A stretch of DNA of 63,953 nucleotides, filler included. It is 4 parts of 4 records of this genome, joined end to end, with 100 filler letters (N's around TTAATTAATTAA, not from the genome) between each part and the next. Parts side by side here need not be neighbours in the genome. Positions count along the whole stretch, not along the records: positions 1 to 12,866 come from SRR31156797_7285; positions 12,967 to 32,159 come from SRR31156797_7287; 2 more parts are not named here. The stretch is one strand, 5' to 3'. Shown here piece by piece: positions 9,924 to 19,700 of the stretch. The number at the start of each line of letters is the position of its first letter. Position 1 is the first letter of the stretch. Below the pieces are notes generated by a model, which saw only the letters and a list, made by a program, of their open reading frames with translations, had not been told where the DNA came from and did no database searches. The translations under genes and the position numbers were made by a program.

Positions 9924-11825
9924 ATGTATATCAGGTTTAGCCATGCCAAATACTTAATAATAGTCCTATTACTGATAGTTTTGTTTCTTGTCGGTTTGAT
10001 CAGGGTGGGGACGCATAAAAAAATGAAGGTCCATCTGGCCAATTCCAAAACATCAATTGCCGAAGTGAATCTATCCGTCCAAATTATTAACTCTTTGACA
10101 ATGGCCCGTTTATCATTTGACGATATAATGCATGGGCATCTGGAGCAGATATCCGTCTTTGATAAAAATATAGAAGAGAGTCTCAGAATCGGTAATGAAT
10201 TATTTAACCTGATTCAAGATTTGTCGATGAAAAAGCAAGTGAAACATTATACATTAAACCTGACTCGTTTCCATAGGATCTGTCATCTTTATCACGAGGA
10301 AATGGTGTATGACCCTTCATCTGACACCTCAGACCAGCTATCCGTTGAAGCCCTTAAAATAAAACAACAAACTGTTAATGAAATGCTGGATTTTATTCAG
10401 ATAATTAACCAAAAAGCCATACAGGGGATGGTAGATGTTGAAACAATAATGAAATCAAATCAAAAACAACATACTTGGATTTTTTTTATTAGTGTGGCAA
10501 TTGGATGTTTATGCATCTACATTATTTCAGTGGCTATATCACGGCCTTTAAATCGGCTGATTCGAGTAATACGAAAATTTGGGGCCGGAGAAACAGGCAT
10601 TCAGATTGAGCTTCCAGATAAAGATATAATCGGACAGCTGGGCCATGAGTTCAACCAGATGGCGTTCAAGTTAAACGACGCGATCAGCTTGCAACATGGT
10701 ATTATGCATTCTTTACCATTCATGATGGTATGTGTGTCGCAGGATGGAAGGATCATTATGAACAATCAAATCATGTCTGATCAGCTCGGAGTCACAACAA
10801 ATGAGATAACAGGCAAAACATTATGGCAGATGTTGCCCGGGATAGCCAAAGAGAAAGAACGATTTATCGAAATGTTTGACCGCAATGATCAAATATTTTT
10901 GGATAAATATCCCTTGTACATCAACAATGAGCTTTTTCTTTGTGATATAACCATTTATCCCATAAAGTTAAGTCAAAATGACTTATCCGTTATTCTGATT
11001 CAGGATATGACTGCCAGTGTGAAAATGCAGGAAGTGCTTCACCAGGCTGAAAAAATGAAGTTTGTGGGTGGACTTGCTGCAGGTATGGCGCATGAATTAA
11101 ATAATCCTCTGGCAGGCATTGTTCAAAATACCCAATTAATTGAAAACAGACTTTTGAGCTCCCTGGCGGCTAATGACCGGGCCGCTGGCGAAGTCGGTAC
11201 AACATTGGAAGTCATCCGTCAATATTCCGAATCAAGGAAGATTCCAAGTATTATCGATAGAATTCTTGAAGCAGGCGCCAATGCGTCAAAGATCGTAAAC
11301 TCTTTGCTTTTTTTTGCGGGAAATAAACAATCCGGGGACATTGACATCGAGATTGAGCTTTTGATTGATAAAACCATTGAATTCTTAAAACATGATTATG
11401 GCCTTAAGAAATACGATTTTAAGAGTATCCGTATTAAAAAAAGCATTCCACCCAATATTCCACCTGTGAGGTGCAATGAAAGCAAGATGATACAGGCACT
11501 TCATAATATTTGTAAAAATGCGGCAGCAGCCATGCACGAATGGGATGATCCGAAAAAACAGGACCCGCAGATTGAGTTTATGATTTCTGCTGAAAAGACC
11601 TTTGTACAGTTGGAAATCAGGGATAACGGGCCAGGTATGGATAAGAAAATTCAAGAACGAATTTTTGAACCTTTTTTTACCACAAAGGATGTTGATAAGG
11701 GCAAGGGGCTTGGGTTGTCAATCGCCTATTACATTATAGTTGAAGATTTAAAAGGCCGGTTGATGGTTGAATCATCACCAGGAGACGGCGCAGCATTTAT
11801 CATCAGGATTCCATCCCGGGGCTGA
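9924..11825 (+). CDS. Membrane sensor histidine kinase (helical periplasmic domain, HAMP, PAS, HisKA, HATPase)
   Basis: Two TMs; AHELNNPL, DNGPG, FEPFFTTK, GKGLGL; GGAG overlapping the upstream TAG supports ATG 9924. Confidence 0.9.
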   Translation: MYIRFSHAKYLIIVLLLIVLFLVGLIRVGTHKKMKVHLANSKTSIAEVNLSVQIINSLTMARLSFDDIMHGHLEQISVFDKNIEESLRIGNELFNLIQDLSMKKQVKHYTLNLTRFHRICHLYHEEMVYDPSSDTSDQLSVEALKIKQQTVNEMLDFIQIINQKAIQGMVDVETIMKSNQKQHTWIFFISVAIGCLCIYIISVAISRPLNRLIRVIRKFGAGETGIQIELPDKDIIGQLGHEFNQMAFKLNDAISLQHGIMHSLPFMMVCVSQDGRIIMNNQIMSDQLGVTTNEITGKTLWQMLPGIAKEKERFIEMFDRNDQIFLDKYPLYINNELFLCDITIYPIKLSQNDLSVILIQDMTASVKMQEVLHQAEKMKFVGGLAAGMAHELNNPLAGIVQNTQLIENRLLSSLAANDRAAGEVGTTLEVIRQYSESRKIPSIIDRILEAGANASKIVNSLLFFAGNKQSGDIDIEIELLIDKTIEFLKHDYGLKKYDFKSIRIKKSIPPNIPPVRCNESKMIQALHNICKNAAAAMHEWDDPKKQDPQIEFMISAEKTFVQLEIRDNGPGMDKKIQERIFEPFFTTKDVDKGKGLGLSIAYYIIVEDLKGRLMVESSPGDGAAFIIRIPSRG

Positions 11826-11908
11826 TTTTGATTATCGAATAATGAATAAGGACCCCCCAACAGACCAAAATAATGGTCAGTGATGTTCTGATAGCCGTTT
11901 TTTAATTT

Positions 11909-12865
11909 TCAAAGCCCTAGTTTATCCATGTTAGTTTTTTCATACCTGCTGTCTTCTGCAGGATATCGCAGCGTATTTTTAAATTGGCCGGATTGTTTGG
12001 CCAAAGCCCAAATCAGACTTTCACCGGCTGGAATGTTGGCTGGTTCGATCTTATAAATTTCATCTGTGAATGCCTTATCCGCATCTGTTATTTCCCAACC
12101 CTTTTTTTTGAAATGTTGTATTAAGTCATCTAAGAAAAGAGCGGAAGTCAGATTATGATGCAGCAGCAACGTATGGCAAATTTTTCTGCCAGTGATTCTC
12201 AATGCCAAAGAATCATAATACAAAGCCCGGTCATAAAGATGCTTAATATAGAATTCCTTAAATCCGGAAATATCGGATTTCGGCTTTTCCTTTATTCGCT
12301 TGATCAATCTGCTGTTTATATACCAGTCTGACGCATCAACAGTGACATGCCCTGTTTTATAATTGTTTTGTTTAAGAAATTTTCTGAAACCGTCTCTTTT
12401 TTCAACCGTATTTCCCTCTTTCAGAAATGGATAGCGAAATAACTTGTAATAATTTGAATATGTGCTGATAACCGTGTCGTTTTTTTGAAACTCCTGTTTA
12501 AAGCTGTCCAGTGTTGTTTTTTCACTATTAAAACAGGGATGAGTAAACGTGTGGTTGGCTATTTTGTGTCCCGCATTATTCCAGGAAGATAAGACATATC
12601 TGCCCTTATCTCCCTGCAGACGGGAACCCGTCGCAAAAAATACAGCATTTATCTGATGTTTATTCAAGGCGTCAAGTATCCGCTGATTCCAATCTTTTAA
12701 TTTGTGAAGGGGCATATCTTTAGTGCTGCCATCATCAAATGTGAATGATATTATGGATTTGTCTTTTTTATTCTCCGCCGCCCGAGGTGCATCAGTCTGA
12801 CTAAACCCTGACAAAAAAATAAGACCAATCACAATAAAAGGGTGTTGAAATCGATAGTGATAAAT
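11909..12865 (-). CDS. Polysaccharide deacetylase (NodB/CE4), probably exported, likely 5'-truncated
   Basis: TFDDG, HTFTHP, FRYPF, LLLHH motifs; frame stays open to the contig end. Confidence 0.85.
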   Translation of the reverse strand: MYHYRFQHPFIVIGLIFLSGFSQTDAPRAAENKKDKSIISFTFDDGSTKDMPLHKLKDWNQRILDALNKHQINAVFFATGSRLQGDKGRYVLSSWNNAGHKIANHTFTHPCFNSEKTTLDSFKQEFQKNDTVISTYSNYYKLFRYPFLKEGNTVEKRDGFRKFLKQNNYKTGHVTVDASDWYINSRLIKRIKEKPKSDISGFKEFYIKHLYDRALYYDSLALRITGRKICHTLLLHHNLTSALFLDDLIQHFKKKGWEITDADKAFTDEIYKIEPANIPAGESLIWALAKQSGQFKNTLRYPAEDSRYEKTNMDKLGL

Positions 12866-12866
12866 T

Positions 12867-12966
12867 NNNNNNNNNNNNNNNNNNNNNNNNNNNNNNNNNN
12901 NNNNNNNNNNTTAATTAATTAANNNNNNNNNNNNNNNNNNNNNNNNNNNNNNNNNNNNNNNNNNNN
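12867..12966. other. Artificial contig-joining spacer
   Basis: N44-TTAATTAATTAA-N44 (stops in all six frames); gene style changes across it. Confidence 0.97.
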
Positions 12967-13734
12967 ACCCTGGACAATAAAGACAGAATTAAAGAACTGA
13001 TTTCCCAGCTTAACAGATTTTCACTCGAAATGATGGATGATCAGGAGCCTTGGGTAGGATACCGCTATTACATGGATTTTTATAGTGGCTCTGAGGAGAT
13101 TACTAGAATAACTATTCTGGGCAAGGACCTTGTTAATGTCGATGGTGTTTATTATGAGGTTGATAACTCATCCGTAGATATAGAAGCAATTGAGAGAATT
13201 ATTGGATCTTCGTCAAACTCGGAATTAGCTTCCGGTAATGAAGGTTTGAACATAGAAGTTTCAGGGGTATCAGAATCTCTAAGTATTGAAGAATTAAACT
13301 CTCAAGCAGATATCATTGTTACTGGAACTGTCACAGGTGTTTTTCCCTCTAGGTGGAATACACCTGATGGAAAAAGACCGAATAAATCAGATAGTGAACT
13401 GAACATAGGAACCGAAGACATGATTTACACCAGTGTTGTAATTCACGTAAATAGATACATTAAAAATGCACTGGACTGTCAGGACTTACAGATAACTGTT
13501 GAGGGAGGTATTGTGGGTGAAGATTCCATATGGGTTGAAGATAGTCCTTCATTTGAATACGTTGAAAATGTTCTTCTTTTCCTGAACTGGACTCCGGGGA
13601 GGAAGAGAATGACTGTTACTGGTGAATATCAGGGTAAATTCACAATGATAAACGATACAGCAGCAGTAAGGACTGATGGGGAGTCTGCGGTTATTGTTGA
13701 AGAGAATGGTGATTGGGTAGTAACAAGCATGTGA
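12967..13734 (+). CDS. Hypothetical acidic protein, probably extracellular, 5'-truncated
   Basis: Frame of the 13030 ORF is open back to the contig start (TLDNKDRIKELIS...); C-terminal domain LSIEEL..QADIIVTGTV...EGG...VLLFL. Confidence 0.7.
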   Translation, partial: TLDNKDRIKELISQLNRFSLEMMDDQEPWVGYRYYMDFYSGSEEITRITILGKDLVNVDGVYYEVDNSSVDIEAIERIIGSSSNSELASGNEGLNIEVSGVSESLSIEELNSQADIIVTGTVTGVFPSRWNTPDGKRPNKSDSELNIGTEDMIYTSVVIHVNRYIKNALDCQDLQITVEGGIVGEDSIWVEDSPSFEYVENVLLFLNWTPGRKRMTVTGEYQGKFTMINDTAAVRTDGESAVIVEENGDWVVTSM

Positions 13735-14142
13735 GAACTTTAAAAAACTTATTTTTTCTCCTATAATTTGGGCATTTTTCAGGCTCAATATTGAGGTTAA
13801 GTGTGCTTAATTTAGGCTTCTATAATCTTTGTTGAAACAATGTGCAATCTTCTAGTAGTTGTTTGTTGGTAGGGTGCTATCCATTTGTTTCAATTAACTG
13901 CTTCATATGATATGATGTTACTCAAATGAAAGTCCTCACTCTTAAAACAGTTAAGCAAAAGGCCATAATGTTTATATAAGCAACTAATAATTTTACATTC
14001 GCACATATGATATATGAAAGGAGTCCAATCTATTTTATAGAGTAGCCTTGGACTCCTTGATGCCCAGAGGCAATGGTATGTTGGTTTGATTCGGCTTAAA
14101 ACTTGCGTGTCTTTGTTTTTGGAATAATAAAAGAGGTATAAA

Positions 14143-15195
14143 ATGAAAACAAAACTACTTTTTGGATTGCTAGTAATAGCGTTCATGATAGGAATAGCAA
14201 GTGCAGACAATGGGATGGAAATTTCAAAGCTTTCTGATTACAGCCCTGAACAATTTCAAGAGCTTTTAAAATAACCGAATGTGATCGATATTAGAGGCTC
14301 AATGCCAGAGTTGATTTTTGAAAATGATAAGCAAAAATGGTTTGATAATATCAATAAATCTGGATCAGCCGTTTTCTCTTCGGGTGAATTGAAACCATAT
14401 ATGGAACAAAATGGCGGACCGATTATAATGACAGGTTACACATCTGATGGATGTTTGGTAGTTTCATTTAATGAAGAGTTAAAAGGAACATTTGATGAAA
14501 ACAAGTATATCAATGATATTTACAAGATATATGAAGATAAATCAAAAAAACTGGGTGTTAAAGACATTCCTATTGTATTTGAATATGAATCTATCCCAGT
14601 TGTACAGTCACGGACGTCCTATTGGAGGCCCTTAATAGGTGGAATCAAAATTGCTGTTGTGGGTTCATCAACTCTTGGATTTGCTGGAGAAAAGGTTCAC
14701 AATGGTGATAAGGGTTATATAATGACTGGACATTCCGGAGTACCCGGAAATACAGTAAAACAGCCAACAACATCTTCTGTGGGGACAATCATTGATGTAG
14801 AAGGAACTTATGCCGATGCTGCTTGGGTAAAATATAGTAATGTGGATGCAAAAGTATATCATACAAACGTTGATGTGACAAAAAGTGTGAAAGATTATGG
14901 CAATCCATCTGTGGACGATGACATCTTTATGTCTGGAAAAAGATCGGGGCTAGAAGATGGGGAGGCAGTTGCATATGTATACTCAATATCAAACCCCTAT
15001 CATGGGACACTTTATGGCCAGTGGAGGGCTAACTATGATTCGGATAATGGAGATAGTGGTGCTCCTGTGTATGAAACTGTCACCGGAGGTGTAAAGATCG
15101 TTGGTATTCATTGGGGCGCTTCAAACCTTTATGCATATTTCTCACCAGTTGGAGGTATTCAAGCAGATCTCGGTGTTGTGCCTTTAACGGAATAA
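14143..15195 (+). pseudogene. Secreted S1 (chymotrypsin/alpha-lytic-type) serine protease with one in-frame TAA at 14272-14274
   Basis: GAGG RBS and ATG 14143 give signal peptide MKTKLLFGLLVIAFMIGIASA, in frame with ORF 14281; triad His (TGH, 14731), Asp (DAAWV, 14815), Ser (GDSG, 15055). Confidence 0.85.
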
Positions 15196-15260
15196 AATAG
15201 ACAGTCCGTCTATTTTATTTTTTTATATTTTGGACAGGATTCAAAATAATTGCAAGGGAG

Positions 15261-16508
15261 ATGAATAGCATAATGTGTAAATTTAATAATTCCTTTCTAC
15301 TGACTTTAACCATCACATTTCTCGTATTTCTGTCACACGCTAGTGCTGATGGTGCCAATTCTGAAAATGAGACTGTAATCGAATTATTAATAGAAAACCT
15401 GTCTAATCAAAATCTATCGATAAAGTCAAGTTCTGCAAAAAACCTTGCTGAAATAGGGGAACCTACTGTAGTTCCTCTTATTCAGGCATTGGATAGTAAT
15501 AATTCAGAAATTAGGGAAAATTCGGCATATGTTCTTGGCCAAATAGGAGACGAACGAGCAGTAGATCCTCTGATTGAATTGTTGGGAGATGACTCTCAAA
15601 GAGTTCATAAAGCTGCGTCATCAGCACTTGAAAACATAGGTGAAGCCGCATTAGAATCACTCGTAAAAACAGTGAGTGAAGAAAACGAAAGTTCTCCCAG
15701 CCGATTAAATGCTATACGGATTCTTGGAACGATGGGTGAACCTGCAGTTGAGCCGTTGATTCAGGCGCTTGGAGGTATAGATGGTGTAACTGCAGCCTCT
15801 TCTTTGGGCAATATTGGTGAGCCAGCTGTATTACCACTGATTGATACTTTGGATAATGATGATCCATTGGTAAGAGCGTATGCTTCAAAAGCTCTCGGGA
15901 AAATAGGGGATAAAAGAGCTGTAGAACCAATAATCATGTTGCTTGAAGATAAAGATTCAAATGTCAGGGCAAATGCTGCTAAGGCTCTTGGTAATATAGG
16001 AGATGAAAGAGCAATTGAACCTCTTACAAAAACGCTTAGTGATAATGATGAAAGAGTAAGTGTTCTTGCAGAGTCAGCACTTGAAAAGATTGAAGCTAAT
16101 GATAATTCGGGCATAATTGCAACCTACGGAAAAAAAAGAGAATTTCTGATTGAGGATGAGTGGCAAAAATGGATTGATGAACTTGACAATATCGGAAATG
16201 GTGCGAGAAGTGACATGGAATCCTATATTAATCCCAATGGTCCTGTGACATCCTACGGGTATAATCGTGATGGTTATATTTCAGTCACTTTTTTGGAAGG
16301 CTCGGAGATTAATGAGTCTATGATGGATGAAATCTATAGTATATTTGTTGAACATGCTATAGAGGATGGAATTAGTGATGTTCCTGTGATTTTTCAATCT
16401 GAAGGTATGATTTCAGTAGATATCGAAGAAGATGAAGCAAATTTTCAAACTCCAGGTTTTACAGTCGCTGTTCTTATAATGATACTATTGATATATATCA
16501 AATTATGA
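15261..16508 (+). CDS. Surface HEAT (PBS-lyase-type) repeat protein with propeptide-like domain and PGF-CTERM anchor
   Basis: Signal peptide (ends HASA); repeated LG.IGD.RAVEPL/IGEPAV.PLI units; C-terminus TPGF plus hydrophobic helix and KL. Confidence 0.88.
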   Translation: MNSIMCKFNNSFLLTLTITFLVFLSHASADGANSENETVIELLIENLSNQNLSIKSSSAKNLAEIGEPTVVPLIQALDSNNSEIRENSAYVLGQIGDERAVDPLIELLGDDSQRVHKAASSALENIGEAALESLVKTVSEENESSPSRLNAIRILGTMGEPAVEPLIQALGGIDGVTAASSLGNIGEPAVLPLIDTLDNDDPLVRAYASKALGKIGDKRAVEPIIMLLEDKDSNVRANAAKALGNIGDERAIEPLTKTLSDNDERVSVLAESALEKIEANDNSGIIATYGKKREFLIEDEWQKWIDELDNIGNGARSDMESYINPNGPVTSYGYNRDGYISVTFLEGSEINESMMDEIYSIFVEHAIEDGISDVPVIFQSEGMISVDIEEDEANFQTPGFTVAVLIMILLIYIKL

Positions 16509-16772
16509 TAACTTTTAGCGTATAAATTGCGGAAAAGATAATGAAATAGTAGTAGGATATCATGAGAATACAAGTGTCAGTACGTGTTGACTCACATGTT
16601 CCTAATTGATAGCCTATTTAAACCTTATTTTTCTGTTTTCCCGTTTTTCAAAATCACCCTGCACCACTCCACATAACTTCAAACATCTTTGAAGTTTAAG
16701 CAAAGTATATACAGTCATACTCCCAAAGTCAGTATTAAGAAACACAATACTCTCAGTCAGGAGTGGTTAAAA

Positions 16773-19700
16773 GTGAACTTAACAGGGAAAAAAACAGGCA
16801 CTTTCATAGTTATTGTATCGTTGTTTGCAGTCATAATATCGGGTTGTATCGGGGATGATGGTGAGCTTTCATCCAATCTCGCCGGTCCTTGCAGTGGCCA
16901 GCTTTCTTCATCAGGAGACGAATTCCTGATACTTGCACCGAAGATGCTCTTTTCAGGCGGGGAGAGCTCAGTGACCATGGCAGCTTTTTCTGATAATGAG
17001 CCGGTGACTCGATGTGTGGAATATACTCTCACAGATGAGAACGACAATGAGATTGATCTTGTGCAGGCATCAACCTCTGAAGAAGGCAATGTTGTAGCTT
17101 CCTTTGAAGTACCAGATGTTGAAGAGGGAACCTATACTCTCACCGCAAAACCATCAGGGTATGAAACAGAATTCGAGGCAACGGTGGAAGTGGTAAAAAA
17201 CAATCCACTGTTTATCGAGACAGACAAGCCCATCTACAAGCCAGGTCAGACAATACACGGAAGAATTCTCTCCCTGAACAACAATCTTATTCCTGTTCAG
17301 GAAAACATCACCGCTGAGATAACAGATGCAAAAGGAATCAAAGTCTTCAAGGAGGAAATAAACTCCAACGAATATGGTGTTGCTTCCTTTGACCTGCCCC
17401 TGGCATCTGAACTGAACATGGGTACATGGAAGGTTGTTGCAACAGCAGGTGATTCAAGCACCAATGTAGATATTCAGGTTGACAAATATGTGCTTCCGAA
17501 GTTTGATGTTTCACTGGAAACACCGCAGGAATGGCTCCTTGTATCCGATGAGATAACAGGTACGGTGTCTGCCAATTACTTCTTTGGCAAGGAAGTTGAA
17601 GGTGATGTGCTTGTTGAAGCCTCACGCTACGTGGGAGAGTGGGAACAGTATGCAACTTTCTCCGGCGCACTTGAGAACGGTTCCATAGAGTTTGAACTCC
17701 CTGAAGTAGAATACGCAGCCGGTACATACGGAGCAGGCGGACAGGCAAGTCTCATGCTTAACGTTACTGTCACAGACACAGGTAACCACACTGAAAGCAC
17801 AAACAAGTTGCTTACTATTGCTGAATCACCAATTGTTCTCCAGCTAATTCCTGAATCAAGTACCATCAAGCCGGGAATGCCTCTACAGGTACTTGTTGTT
17901 ACAAAGGATCCCGGAGGCAATCCTGTTGATGCTGAAGTAACAGTAGACGCAAGGATAAGTGACGATTCTTATGATTCCACAAATGAAGAATTCACCTTGA
18001 ACACAGAGGGGGGTGTTGCCTTGCTTGAGCTGGAAATTCCGGCTAACAGCACAAATCTGTATATGGATGCTTATGTAGAGGGTGACAATGCATGGGCCAG
18101 TGAGTCACTGAATGCTGTATACTCTCCAAGTGCAAGTTTCATTCACATTTCCCAGACAAGCGATGGTGTGCCGGAACTTGGTGACACCATTTCCTTCCAT
18201 GTTTACTCCACAAATCCAGGTACGGTGTATTACGATGTCTTCGCAAACGGCAGGACGGTTTATTCTGCTACCAGTGATGAAAGTGACATAAGCATACCTG
18301 TAACTCCACAAATGAGTCCGCAGGCAAAGGTTGTTGCTTATATAATAAATCCCAACAGTGAAGTATCAGTGGACGTACTTCCATTCGATGTGGAATTCTC
18401 CACCCAGGTGGACCTGTCCAGTTCATTCAGCAGTGAGGGGGCAGAACCCGGGGATGATGTCGCAGTTGATTTTGACGCTGGAAGCCAGTCCATGATAGGT
18501 TTCTCCATCGTGGATGAATCTGTCTATGCACTTAGTGAGGGACGGCTTAATCTTAAGCAGGTATTCGATGAACTGGAGAAACGTTTCATGGAGCCTATGG
18601 CAGAATCCCATCCTTACTGGTATGAAGAAGGTGCATATGATGCACTGGAGAATGCCGGAATGGTAGTGATGGCCTCTCCGGGAATTGAGGTGCCACGTTC
18701 TGAATTGGCTGAATCAGGATTTAATGCTGGCAAATTTGCAGGTTTTGGTATGGAAGTTGATGCAGCTATGGATGACATGGTAGTCCTGGAAGGTGAGGAA
18801 ATGATGGAGATGCCTGCAATGGCCGCAGAACCTACTGATTCGGCAGATGAGGGCATGGGAGAGAGCGGCGAACTTGCAGAAGTGCAGCGTGTGCGTCAGT
18901 TCTTCCCTGAGACATGGGTATGGATGCCTGAGCTTCTCACTGATGAGGCAGGTCTTGTAAGTCTTGACCTGACAGCACCTGACAGTATCACTACATGGAG
19001 ACTGCACGCGGTCTCCTCCGGTCCGGAAGGTATCGGTATATCTGAATCCAGCCTGACGGTGTTTCAGGACTTCTTTGTTGACCCTGACCTGCCATACGCA
19101 GTTACAAGGGGTGAACAGTTCCCTGTACAGGTGCAGGTCTACAACTATCTAGATACAGAGCAGGATGTAAAACTGACACTATCAGGTGCTGAATGGTTTG
19201 ACATAATTGGTGACGATGTGCAGACCGTGACCGTGGATGGGAATGGTGTGGGATATGCTAGTTTCACAATAAGTCCAACCAAGGTTGGAAAGCAGCTTCT
19301 TGAGATAACCGGGCAGACAACTGAGAGGGCAGACGCTGTCAGGAAGGATATCATCGTGGAAGCAGAGGGAGCTACCCGTGAGCTTGTTGACAATGGTGTG
19401 CTCAGTAATGGTTCCGTGGAACTTGATACAAGTCTGCCAGCAGACATTGTTTCTGATTCGGACAAAGTACTTGTGAGCTTCACCCCGAGCATTGTGGCGC
19501 AGAGCATAAGTGGAGTAGACGACCTGCTTGGCATGCCTTATGGGTGTGGTGAACAGAACATGATGCTCTTCTCAACCGATGTTGAGGTATTGCGCTACCT
19601 GAAGGCAACAGGGCAGGATAATCCAGAAGTGCGGGCAAAAGCCGAGATGTATATTATCACAGGTTACCAGCGTGAATTGACCTACCGCCACAGCGATGGT

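Noticed and set aside
12911-12922. TTAATTAATTAA palindrome recurring three times in the window
   Set aside because: Synthetic all-frame stop linker inside N runs, not a biological repeat
14272-14274. Pyrrolysine or selenocysteine recoding of the protease internal stop
   Set aside because: The codon is TAA; Pyl uses TAG and Sec uses TGA
15400-16100. Repetitive DNA suggesting a CRISPR or tandem array
   Set aside because: Degenerate coding repeats of HEAT units. No identical repeats with unique spacers, and no cas genes anywhere in the window
16689-16772. ORF-track N-terminal extension of the TEP
   Set aside because: TTG start lacks an RBS; GTG 16773 has one and gives a proper lipoprotein signal peptide
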